60,086 nt of DNA from Nitrospirota bacterium. Lineage in GTDB: Bacteria > Nitrospirota > Nitrospiria > JACQBZ01. Every line of letters starts with the position of its first letter. The first letter of the stretch is position 1. Positions 8,964-17,552 of this stretch are shown in pieces. The notes beneath the pieces are model-generated. The model had not been told where the DNA came from, ran no database searches, and was given only the letters and a program-made list of their open reading frames with translations. The stretch is from assembly GCA_016194285.1 (NCBI GenBank), contig JACQBZ010000102.1, positions 1-60,086 of the forward strand, given 5' to 3'. Made by a program: the position numbers and the translations under genes.

Positions 8964-9545
8964 TTAAGCCTCACCCACGTGATCCTGATTTACATTCTTA
9001 CGACCCAACACTCTATATCGAGTGATGCTTTCTCTTGTGCGGAACCCGATTTTCTTGTCTCGCGGTTCAGGCTGCGCCATCAGTTGACGGATGGCGTCGA
9101 ACACCACCCTGAACTGGGCGTCGTATTTCTTTTCCAAATCATTGAGCTTGCGCGTCAAGCTCTCTTGTGAGGCAATCATCCGGCGGAGTCTGACAAAGGT
9201 TCGCATAATCTGGACATTGACCTGGATCGCGCGTTTACTCTGCAGAATGCTTGAGAGCATTGAAACACCCTGCTCGGTAAATGCAAAGGGAGAATATCTT
9301 CGACCGCCCCAACTTGAGGTCACAAATTGTGACCTCAAGATTGAAAACTCTGCCTTGGATAGTTGGAACATGAAATCATCAGGGAATCTTTCTTGATTGC
9401 GCTTAACCGCTTGGACAAGCACTTTTGTCGTTACCCTATAAAGTTCCGCCAAATCACTGTCCAGCATCACCTTATGTCCTCGGATCAACAAGATCTTCTT
9501 CTCAACAACTTCACTTGGAATCAACACTCTCATCTGATCCCCCAT
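8964..9545 (-). CDS. ORF6N-domain DNA-binding protein
   Basis: [50 protein letters not shown] and KIGF motifs. Confidence 0.9.
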   Translation of the reverse strand: MGDQMRVLIPSEVVEKKILLIRGHKVMLDSDLAELYRVTTKVLVQAVKRNQERFPDDFMFQLSKAEFSILRSQFVTSSWGGRRYSPFAFTEQGVSMLSSILQSKRAIQVNVQIMRTFVRLRRMIASQESLTRKLNDLEKKYDAQFRVVFDAIRQLMAQPEPRDKKIGFRTRESITRYRVLGRKNVNQDHVGEA

Positions 9546-9578
9546 TTGCTACCCCTGCCCAATCCACCCCCGCCCCTC

Positions 9579-9620
9579 CGGCCTATATTATATATAGATG
9601 CAGGTCGAATACATTGCTCC
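9579..9620. repeat. ~40-bp direct repeat, copy 2
   Basis: CGGCCTATATTATATATAGATGCAGGTCGAATACATTGCTCC. Confidence 0.85.
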
Positions 9621-9657
9621 TTTTCGGCCCCGCATGGGGCGTTCATTTTTTCATATA

Positions 9658-9683
9658 AGGGGCACGGCGCGCCGTGCCCCTAC
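9658..9683 (-). repeat. GTAG-type REP palindrome
   Basis: Perfect 24-bp palindrome AGGGGCACGGCGCGCCGTGCCCCT followed by AC (GTAG on the minus strand). Confidence 0.75.
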
Positions 9684-9748
9684 CATTATAATGACCCCAT
9701 TGCTTAATGACATGGATTAGACCGATCATCCGACAGAAGGATCTGTCC

Positions 9749-10639
9749 ATGAAGATCTTCGTCCATTTTCTTCTCCTGGTTTTGCTCTTTCCGGTGCCGG
9801 TTTTCTCTCAGGAAGCCACTCCATCCCTCCAGTCCTTGCTTGAGGATGGGGATCATCACTGGGATCTTCGAGCCGAGGGCGCACGAGGCTCAGAGCCCGA
9901 CCCAAAGGAGATCGACCAGGCGATCGCGGCGTATCGTCAGGCGCTGGATTCCAATCCGGAGTCCTTGGCCGCCCGGTGGCGATTGATGCGGGCCTATTTC
10001 TTCAAAGGGGAGTATGCGACGGATGACAAAGAGGGGAAGAAAAAGATTTTTGACGAAGGCAAGGCTGTCGGGGAAAAAGCGCTTCAACAGATTCGGCAGG
10101 AAGCTTCACGGCGAACCGGCAATTCCTTGGACAAAGCCAGCCCGGTTGAGCTGGTTCATTATCTTGAAAATTCACCCGACGTCGTCGGTTGCTTTTTTTG
10201 GTCCTCGGCCAACTGGGGACAATGGGCCCTGGCCTACGGAAAGTTTCAAGCCGTCCGACAGGGGGCGGCCGGGAAAATTCGCGATCTCGCCAAGGCGGTG
10301 ACGATCTTGGACTCGAATTATGCGGAAGGAGGAGGGTATCGCGTCCTGGGACGTCTTTATCATCAGACACCCTATGTCCCGTTTATCACCGGCTGGGCCT
10401 CCACAAAGGAGGCGGTCGCATTTTTACGGCGGGCTTACCAGATTGGACCTCATAATTCCATCAATCGGCTTTACCTGGCCGAGGCGCTCTGGGATTGGAA
10501 TAAAGATTCACGGAAAGAGGCGCTGACGCTGGCCGAGGACTTGATTCACGACGCACCCCGGCCGGAATTCCAGGTGGAGGATCAAGCCGCTCAGGAAAGA
10601 GCTCAAGCGCTTTTGGAAAAGTGGCGAGGGAAAAACTAA
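9749..10639 (+). CDS. Exported TPR-like helical protein (TRAP TatT-like)
   Basis: Signal peptide plus helical repeats (AIAAYRQAL, GGYRVLGRLY, NRLYLAEAL). Start adjusted to ATG at 9749. Confidence 0.65.
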   Translation: MKIFVHFLLLVLLFPVPVFSQEATPSLQSLLEDGDHHWDLRAEGARGSEPDPKEIDQAIAAYRQALDSNPESLAARWRLMRAYFFKGEYATDDKEGKKKIFDEGKAVGEKALQQIRQEASRRTGNSLDKASPVELVHYLENSPDVVGCFFWSSANWGQWALAYGKFQAVRQGAAGKIRDLAKAVTILDSNYAEGGGYRVLGRLYHQTPYVPFITGWASTKEAVAFLRRAYQIGPHNSINRLYLAEALWDWNKDSRKEALTLAEDLIHDAPRPEFQVEDQAAQERAQALLEKWRGKN

Positions 10640-10671
10640 AGGTTTGCATTCCAATCCGCGCTCAAAATTCC

Positions 10672-10701
10672 TTGACAACGTTACCCCGCACCCAGTAGAA
10701 T
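10672..10701 (+). promoter_or_regulatory. Sigma-70-type promoter
   Basis: TTGACA-N18-TAGAAT upstream of the gene at 10745. Confidence 0.55.
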
Positions 10702-10744
10702 GCGGCCAGTTTTTATTCGGGTTGATCCGATTATGGAAAGGGTC

Positions 10745-11575
10745 ATGATGACCTCGCGTGTCTTTCTCCTCGGACTGATGACTTTGCTGGCTCTTCTCCA
10801 ATCCCGTCCGGTCTTTGCGCTTCTGCCGTACCTCGACAGCGAAACCGCCGTTCCGGTGGATCGAGGTAAATCGAGGCTGGATGTAAGCCTGCAGCTCGAT
10901 CGTTGGAACAGCCGTCTCTCCACCGATGCCCTAGAGGCGGAACTGAGTTACGGTCTGATCAACAATCTCGATTTCTCGGTGGATGTCCCGTATCTGGTTC
11001 GCAAGGTGAAAGGCTCGGGGGATGTAAACGGCGCGGGCGATGAAGACGGCGTGGGCGATGTGACGCTCAAGGTGAAGATTCGTTTCATCAAAGGGCGAGA
11101 AGCGAATCCAGTTTCGATCGCCGGGCAATTGACCGTGAAGTTTCCGAGTTGCAACAAGAACAAGGCCCTCTCCCCGGAATGCACCGGTGAGCCCGACGTG
11201 GGTCTACGCGCGATCGCGTCGAAAGAATTTTTCCCCGTGACGGTTCATCTGAACCTGGGATATATCTTCGTCGGTAATCCGGCCAATACCAATCTGAACG
11301 ACGTCCTGACCTACAGTCTTGCGTTTGACTATCTGACGACGGCCGATTACCTTCACGTGGTGGGCGAACTGGCGGGCCAGTCCAACCGGTATCCCAAAAC
11401 ATCGGACGAGGCATTCCGGCTTTCGGCCAAGACATCCGCGGATCCGCTGTCGGCCCTGGTCGGTTTGCTGTACGACTTGGATATCAACAAGGCGCTGACG
11501 GTGTCATGGAGTATGGGGTTGACACAGGCCAGTCCGGACTACAGTTTGTCGGCGGGATTCCGATATTTATTTTAG
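10745..11575 (+). CDS. Putative outer-membrane beta-barrel (MetA-pathway/phenol degradation-like transporter)
   Basis: Signal peptide, GVGDVTL motif, alternating beta-strands and C-terminal FRYLF. Confidence 0.65.
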   Translation: MMTSRVFLLGLMTLLALLQSRPVFALLPYLDSETAVPVDRGKSRLDVSLQLDRWNSRLSTDALEAELSYGLINNLDFSVDVPYLVRKVKGSGDVNGAGDEDGVGDVTLKVKIRFIKGREANPVSIAGQLTVKFPSCNKNKALSPECTGEPDVGLRAIASKEFFPVTVHLNLGYIFVGNPANTNLNDVLTYSLAFDYLTTADYLHVVGELAGQSNRYPKTSDEAFRLSAKTSADPLSALVGLLYDLDINKALTVSWSMGLTQASPDYSLSAGFRYLF

Positions 11576-11631
11576 GGGCTCGTCTTGCTTGCTGAATAGA
11601 TACCCACGGACTCTGTCTACAGATATCGATT

Positions 11632-12600
11632 CTAAATCCACTTCTTCCTGCGGAAGAACCACAGCATTACCACGACGATGCCCACCATCACCCCGATCGT
11701 CGCGGGATATCCGTAGCGCCATTCCAATTCGGGCATGTACTTAAAGTTCATGCCGTAGATGCTGGGGATGACCATGAGCGGCATAAAGACGACGGTGAGC
11801 GCCGTGAGCACTTTTATGACCTCGTTCAAACGGTTCGACACCATGGAGATGTAGGCCTCCAGGAGCCCGGTCGTAAGGTCTTTATACGATTCAGCCAGGT
11901 CGTTAATCCGCACGAGATGGTCATACACATCTCGGAAATAAATGGCCGTCCGTTTGTTGACCACCGCGAACGGGTCGCGGCTCAACCGGTTGAGAATTTC
12001 CCGCTGTGGACTGGTCACCCGCCGAAGGGACATCCCGTCCCGTTTCAGTGAAAATATCCGGTCCAGGGTTTCCTTGCTGGGAGACGCAGTGACCTCTTTT
12101 TCGAGCTCATCCAACACTTCGTCGAAGTCATCTAAGATGGGAAAGTAATTGTCAACCGTACCGTCCAGAATCTCGTAGAGTAGGAAATCCGTTCCCCGGG
12201 ACATGGTGAGAGAATTTTTCAGGCACCGTTCTTTCGTGCGGTTGATGCTGCGGGACAATTGCTGATGATAGGTGACCAGGTGGCGTTTGCCCAGAAAAAA
12301 GTTGAGCTCGACCGTTTTGAACGTTCCGGAGACGTCTCCGCGACGGGCTCCGTGGAGCACGAGGAAGAGGTAATCGCCGAAATCATCCAGTTTGGGAAGG
12401 TGGGATTCGGCGATGCAATCCTCGATGGCCAGGGGATGAAAATTAAAGATGGAAGACAGGATCTGGTTCTCTTCCTCTGTCGGAGCTTCCAGATCCACCC
12501 AGACCGATTCGGTTTCGTCCTTCAGCAGGCTGGGTAAAGACTCGGAATCCGTAATCCTCCGTAGGCCGTTTTGCTTTGAGAAGGCAAAAATCTCGATCAT
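11632..12600 (-). CDS. corA: Magnesium/cobalt transporter
   Basis: HPLAIED and YGMNF signature, MPEL, two C-terminal TM helices. Confidence 0.95.
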   Translation of the reverse strand: MIEIFAFSKQNGLRRITDSESLPSLLKDETESVWVDLEAPTEEENQILSSIFNFHPLAIEDCIAESHLPKLDDFGDYLFLVLHGARRGDVSGTFKTVELNFFLGKRHLVTYHQQLSRSINRTKERCLKNSLTMSRGTDFLLYEILDGTVDNYFPILDDFDEVLDELEKEVTASPSKETLDRIFSLKRDGMSLRRVTSPQREILNRLSRDPFAVVNKRTAIYFRDVYDHLVRINDLAESYKDLTTGLLEAYISMVSNRLNEVIKVLTALTVVFMPLMVIPSIYGMNFKYMPELEWRYGYPATIGVMVGIVVVMLWFFRRKKWI

Positions 12601-12605
12601 CGTTT

Positions 12606-12680
12606 GTAGGGGCTCGCGTCGCCCCCTCCACCGGCGAAGCCGGATGGAGCCTCCCCCTCTCGCTCGCGTTGCTCGCTGGG
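12606..12680 (+). repeat. 75-bp dispersed element, copy 2
   Basis: GTAGGGGCTCGCGTCGCCCCCTCCACCGGCGAAGCCGGATGGAG...GCTCGCTGGG. Confidence 0.9.
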
Positions 12681-12721
12681 AAGATCCACACGGCCGCCCG
12701 TCGGGCTGTCGAAATCAAATT

Positions 12722-12919
12722 TCAGACGGCCTTCTTCACCCAGCCTGAACGAATGCAACGGGTGCAGACTTTGATCCGTCGGGTCGTGTGGTCCACGAGG
12801 GCCTTGACGGATTTCAGATTCGGGTAAAAGGGGTGCTTTGTTTTGTTATGGGCATGACTGACCTTAAAACCGATGGTCTTTCCTTTGCCACAGATTGCAC
12901 ACACGTACGCCACGGACAT
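12722..12919 (-). CDS. rpmB: 50S ribosomal protein L28
   Basis: CAICGK...VSHAHNKTK...PNL...VCTRCIRSG, the Zn-binding form. Confidence 0.96.
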   Translation of the reverse strand: MSVAYVCAICGKGKTIGFKVSHAHNKTKHPFYPNLKSVKALVDHTTRRIKVCTRCIRSGWVKKAV

Positions 12920-13093
12920 TCTCCTTATGACGGTTATCCTTGATCATCATTGTCGAATATGCAAAGACCAAGTCGAAGTTGCAGAAACCAATTGGCTATG
13001 TTACCATAATGTCCGTCGTGTGACAAGAATTTTTCTGCAGATCATGCAGAGGTGCATTTCGACACGTCTCTTCTAACCTCGGCCCTCTTGTCT

Positions 13094-15595
13094 ATGATGA
13101 GCAAACTCGAATCGCTGGAGACCATCCTCGACCGTATTCAGAAGCCCATCCGATACGCCGTTCAAAAAAACTTCGCCCACCTCATGAAGGTCCAGGGATT
13201 GGCCGCGTTTGTAACGCAACAGGTTCAGACGGCCCTTGCACAGAACCCTTCCGAAGAGGAGGCCCGTGGCTGGGTTCGCTTAAAAGATCTTTTTGCGGAT
13301 TACGACCAACTTCTCGAGGGGGAGCGACAAGACCGTTTGCGAAAAGCTCAGGAGCTTTTGAAGATTCTCTCACATCGCCCGATGGGTCAGTCGAATTCAG
13401 ATCCGGACCGGGGTCTGGGTCCGTCCGACTCGCGTCCCAATGCGGTCTTTTGGGATCGACCGATGCAATACCTGAAAGGAGTGGGCCCCAAGCGGGCCGA
13501 ATGGCTTGCTCGGTTGGGAATCAAGACACTGGAGGATTTCCTTTACTTCCTGCCTTGGCGGTATGAGGACCGCAGCCATCTTAAGCCGATTGCCCAGGTG
13601 ACCCCCGGGGAAGAGCAGACCGTCTGCGGCGTGGTTCAATCGACCCATCTCACGATCACGTCCCGCCGTAAGTTTAAAATCGTTGAAATGCTGCTGGGGG
13701 ATGAGAGCGGCTCCCTTCTCGTCAAATGGTTCAATCAGCCCTATCTGCAAAAGCGGTTTAAGAACGGGCAGAGGCTCATGCTCTTTGGAAAGGTGAAGGT
13801 GAACCGCCGCCAGGGTTACGGTCTGGAGATGGAAAACCCGGTTTACGAGTTTTTGGACGACGCCGTGCCTGCCCCTGCCCGTCCGGCAGGCGGGGGCGGG
13901 CAGGAGGCCACGACGGTCGGTTTGCACAGCGGTCGGATCGTGCCGATCTATCATGAGACGCACGGGTTGACCAGCCGGCCGGTCCGATCGCTCATGAAGA
14001 CCATCCTTGACGAGTACGCGCCGCGGCTTCACGAAATTCTTCCGTTGTCCGTCCTCAAGACCCATCATCTTGTTCCGATCTCGGAGGCCTTGACCCAGGC
14101 CCATTTTCCGGTTCCGGGTACCGCTTTGGAGTCGTTGAATCAGGGACGCAGCGAAGCCCACCGCCGGTTGGTGTTCGATGAATTTTTCCTTCTCCAACTC
14201 GGGCTGGGTCTGAAACGGCGGGAGGCGTCGGAGGAGTCCAAGGGAACGGCCTTTGAAACGGACGGCCCGTATCTGAAACGGTTCCTTGCGGGACTCCCGT
14301 ATCAACTCACGGCGGCCCAGAAGGGCGTTTTGGAGGAGATCAAACGGGATATGGCCCGCCCGCATCCGATGAATCGTCTGCTTCAGGGGGACGTCGGCTG
14401 CGGAAAAACGGTCGTCGCATTGGCCGCGATGGTCATCGCGGCCGACAACGGGCATCAGGCCGTCCTTATGGTTCCGACCGAGATCCTTGCGGAACAACAT
14501 TATCTTTCTCTCAAGCAATGGTTATCGCCTTTCAAGCGGCCCTGCCTTCTTCTGACCGGCGGTCAATCCAAACGGGAAACGGCGAACGCCTTGAGGATCG
14601 CGGCCTCCGACGAGCCGGCGTTTGTTGTTGGAACACATGCGTTGATTCAGGGGGAGGTGCGCTTCGGCCGATTGGGCCTCGTGGTCGTGGACGAGCAGCA
14701 CAAATTCGGCGTGATGCAGCGCGCCCTGCTGCAGAAAAAGGGATACCATCCGGATGTCCTCATCATGACGGCCACGCCCATTCCGCGGACGTTGGCCTTG
14801 ACCGTTCACGGGGATCTGGATCTCTCCGTGATTGATGAGTTGCCCCAAGGGCGGGCTCCGATCGAGACCCGTCTCGCCTATGAATCGAAACGTTCCCAAG
14901 CCTATGCCCTTGTGGCGGAGCAGGTGGCGGAAGGACGCCAGGCCTACGTGGTTTATCCGATTGTGGAGGAGTCGGAAAAGACGGATCTTAAAGCGGCCAC
15001 CCAAATGGCGGACCATCTGCAGCGCGAGGTTTTTCCTTCCATGAAGATCGGTCTGCTGCACGGACGAATGCCGATGGATGAAAAGGAAAGGGTCATGGAG
15101 GCCTTCAAGAAAGGACAGATTCAGATCCTCGTGGCCACGACCGTGATCGAGGTCGGGATCGATGTTCCCAATGCAACGGTGATGATCATCGAGCATGCCG
15201 AGCGGTTCGGCCTGTCGCAACTCCATCAACTTCGCGGCCGGGTGGGCCGCGGCCGTCACCGGTCCTATTGTATCCTATTGGCCGCCGCCCCGGTTTCGGA
15301 GGAGGGCAAACGGCGGCTGAATACCATGGTCCGGAGCCACGACGGGTTCGTGATCGCCGAGGAAGATCTGGCGATCCGGGGCCCCGGCGAATTTTTCGGG
15401 ACGCGCCAGTCCGGCCTGCCCGAACTGCGGGTCGCGAATATTCTGCGGGACGCGAAGCTGCTGGAGGAGGCGCGCGAAGAGGCCTGGAAGGTGCTTTCGA
15501 ACGATCCGCAGTTGAACCGGCCCGAGCATGCCGCGTTAAAAGCCGCTTTGGCGAGGAAATGGAAGGGGAAGTTAGAGCTGTTCACGGTGAGCTGA
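13094..15595 (+). CDS. recG: ATP-dependent DNA helicase RecG
   Basis: LKGVGPK, RLLQGDVGCGKT, DEQHKFG, MTATPIPRTL, QLHQLRGRVGRG and RGPGEFFGTRQSG. Start uncertain. Confidence 0.97.
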   Translation: MMSKLESLETILDRIQKPIRYAVQKNFAHLMKVQGLAAFVTQQVQTALAQNPSEEEARGWVRLKDLFADYDQLLEGERQDRLRKAQELLKILSHRPMGQSNSDPDRGLGPSDSRPNAVFWDRPMQYLKGVGPKRAEWLARLGIKTLEDFLYFLPWRYEDRSHLKPIAQVTPGEEQTVCGVVQSTHLTITSRRKFKIVEMLLGDESGSLLVKWFNQPYLQKRFKNGQRLMLFGKVKVNRRQGYGLEMENPVYEFLDDAVPAPARPAGGGGQEATTVGLHSGRIVPIYHETHGLTSRPVRSLMKTILDEYAPRLHEILPLSVLKTHHLVPISEALTQAHFPVPGTALESLNQGRSEAHRRLVFDEFFLLQLGLGLKRREASEESKGTAFETDGPYLKRFLAGLPYQLTAAQKGVLEEIKRDMARPHPMNRLLQGDVGCGKTVVALAAMVIAADNGHQAVLMVPTEILAEQHYLSLKQWLSPFKRPCLLLTGGQSKRETANALRIAASDEPAFVVGTHALIQGEVRFGRLGLVVVDEQHKFGVMQRALLQKKGYHPDVLIMTATPIPRTLALTVHGDLDLSVIDELPQGRAPIETRLAYESKRSQAYALVAEQVAEGRQAYVVYPIVEESEKTDLKAATQMADHLQREVFPSMKIGLLHGRMPMDEKERVMEAFKKGQIQILVATTVIEVGIDVPNATVMIIEHAERFGLSQLHQLRGRVGRGRHRSYCILLAAAPVSEEGKRRLNTMVRSHDGFVIAEEDLAIRGPGEFFGTRQSGLPELRVANILRDAKLLEEAREEAWKVLSNDPQLNRPEHAALKAALARKWKGKLELFTVS
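13868..13904. repeat. Nested palindromic insertion inside recG
   Basis: CCTGCC-CCTGCCCGTCCGGCAGGCGGG-GGCGGGCAGG, encoding PAPARPAGGGGQ. Confidence 0.65.
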
Positions 15596-15620
15596 GATGA
15601 CCGTGGTTGTTGCGAGAACC

Positions 15621-15648
15621 GTAGGGGCGTAGCATGCTACGCCCCTAC
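15621..15648. repeat. GTAG-type REP palindrome
   Basis: Perfect 28-bp palindrome GTAGGGGCGTAGCATGCTACGCCCCTAC. Confidence 0.85.
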
Positions 15649-15685
15649 TTGATCTTTAATCCTCGATTCGTTAGGATACCGCACG

Positions 15686-16018
15686 ATGTTGTCATGGACT
15701 CAATTCAAAGAGGATCTCTATAACGGCATCTTGCTTGTGCGAAACGGGTTGCTGACGGCGGCCGTTTCTTCATCCCAAGAGGTCGACCGGCTGAAGCATC
15801 GTTATCGGCTCCAGTCGGTTGAACGGCAACTGGTCGAAGCCTACCGCGCATTGGGCAAATACGGCTTGATCAACCTGCAGAACGGTCCTCCGGACATCCT
15901 GAAAGAGAAAGAAGGACTGCATCTAATCCAGGAGGTCGACGCAAAGCGCGCGGAGCGGGAAAAACTGATCGCGGAACGGGATGCTTTTGACCGGGAAGCA
16001 AACGGAAATCAGAAATGA
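15686..16018 (+). CDS. Hypothetical coiled-coil protein
   Basis: 110-aa ORF with an RBS-like AGGA, in line with ppx. Confidence 0.7.
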   Translation: MLSWTQFKEDLYNGILLVRNGLLTAAVSSSQEVDRLKHRYRLQSVERQLVEAYRALGKYGLINLQNGPPDILKEKEGLHLIQEVDAKRAEREKLIAERDAFDREANGNQK

Positions 16019-16025
16019 CCGTTCG

Positions 16026-16967
16026 ATGATTATGGCCGGAATCGATATCGGAACCAATACGCTGCGGCTGCTGATCGCCGAGGTTCGGTCGGTTCAGGGC
16101 CGGATCCACATCCGGCCGATCTTTGAGGCCCGCCGGATCACCCGCTTGGGGGAAGGAATCGTGGACAGCGGCCGGTTGTCTCCATCGGCCATGTCCCGAA
16201 CCCTTCAGGCGCTCAAGGAGTTTCGGGCGGCGGTTTCAGAACATCCGGTGGACCGGATTATCGGAGTGGCCACCAGCGCGGTCCGCGAGGCCGGTAACCG
16301 GGCGTTGTTTCTTAACCGGTTGAAAGAGGAGACCGGGCTGGATGTCGAGGTGATCTCAGGAGAGGAAGAAGCCCGGCGTACGCTGTTGGGTGTGCGGTAC
16401 GGGCTGGAAGGGGATGATTCGAATCTCCTGGTACTCGACATCGGCGGCGGCAGCACGGAATGGATCGTCGTGACGGGCGGCCAAATTCAGGAAATGAAAA
16501 CGTTGGATGTCGGGGTTGTCAAGCTGACGGATCGTTATCTCATCACCGATCCGCCGTCGGCCGAAAACCAACAGCAATTGATCCGTGCCATTGAAGAACG
16601 CTTCCGGCCGATGGTTCCATCCGTGGGCCGGCTGTCCGGACATCGCTTTGTCGGGGTGGCCGGAACCGTGACGACGCTGGCCGCTCTGGAACTGGGGCTT
16701 AAGGTGTACGATCCGTTGCGCGTCCAGAACCTGCGGTTGGGTTTCGAGCGAGTCGAAAGCTGGTATCGCAAGCTCGTCGGAATGACGTTGGATGAACGAC
16801 GACGTCTCGCCGGTCTTGAAAGGGGTCGGGAGGACCTGATCGTGGCGGGCGCCGCGCTGCTGTGGGTCGCGATGCGCATGGCCGGGGCGAAAGAGGTGGT
16901 GGTCAGCGATGATGGGTTGAGAGAAGGGGTTTTGATCGATTGGTTTGAACGCAACGTCACAAGATGA
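16026..16967 (+). CDS. ppx: Ppx/GppA family phosphatase
   Basis: GIDIGTNTLRL, ATSAVREA, ISGEEEA, DIGGGSTE and GLREG motifs. Confidence 0.92.
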   Translation: MIMAGIDIGTNTLRLLIAEVRSVQGRIHIRPIFEARRITRLGEGIVDSGRLSPSAMSRTLQALKEFRAAVSEHPVDRIIGVATSAVREAGNRALFLNRLKEETGLDVEVISGEEEARRTLLGVRYGLEGDDSNLLVLDIGGGSTEWIVVTGGQIQEMKTLDVGVVKLTDRYLITDPPSAENQQQLIRAIEERFRPMVPSVGRLSGHRFVGVAGTVTTLAALELGLKVYDPLRVQNLRLGFERVESWYRKLVGMTLDERRRLAGLERGREDLIVAGAALLWVAMRMAGAKEVVVSDDGLREGVLIDWFERNVTR

Positions 16968-16990
16968 AGTGAACAGGAAGGGGATGGACG

Positions 16991-17518
16991 ATGAAACGGA
17001 ATTGGATCATGGCGATTGTTCTATGGACACTCACCCTCAGCGCGGGCGGTCTGGGCCTCGTCTTTGCGACGGCCTGGGCCCAGGGAGGTAGACCGGTGGT
17101 TACGATTGAAACGGACAAAGGGAATATCATTTTCGAAATGTTTCCGGATGCGGCGCCCAAAACCGTCGCGCGGATCACCGAATTGATCAAACAGGGATTT
17201 TACAACGGTCTGACCTTTCATCGTGTCGTGCCCGGCTTCGTGATCCAAGGCGGGGACCCCAAGGGCAACGGGACGGGCGGTTCGGGGGTCAACCTCAAGG
17301 CCGAATTCAACAAGAAACCGCATCTCCTCGGCACCGTCGCCATGGCCCGCGCGAATGATCCGGACAGCGCCGACAGTCAGTTCTACATCTGCCTCGGTCC
17401 GCAGCCCTTCCTGGACGGCAAGTACACCGTCTTCGGACAGGTGACGGACAAGGCCAGTCTCGACGTGATCCAGAAGATCCAGCAGGGGGATGTCATGCGG
17501 AAAGTCACCGTCAAGTAA
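16991..17518 (+). CDS. Cyclophilin-type peptidyl-prolyl isomerase (exported)
   Basis: FYNGLTFHRVVPGFVIQGGDP, SQFYI and LDGKYTVFG, plus a signal peptide. Confidence 0.95.
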   Translation: MKRNWIMAIVLWTLTLSAGGLGLVFATAWAQGGRPVVTIETDKGNIIFEMFPDAAPKTVARITELIKQGFYNGLTFHRVVPGFVIQGGDPKGNGTGGSGVNLKAEFNKKPHLLGTVAMARANDPDSADSQFYICLGPQPFLDGKYTVFGQVTDKASLDVIQKIQQGDVMRKVTVK

Positions 17519-17552
17519 CGCACCCCTCCGACGACGCTGGGATCTCCCGGTA

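Noticed and set aside
5658-9620. Junction repeats as a CRISPR array
   Set aside because: The spacing is gene-sized and irregular, the repeats are degenerate, and there are no cas genes.
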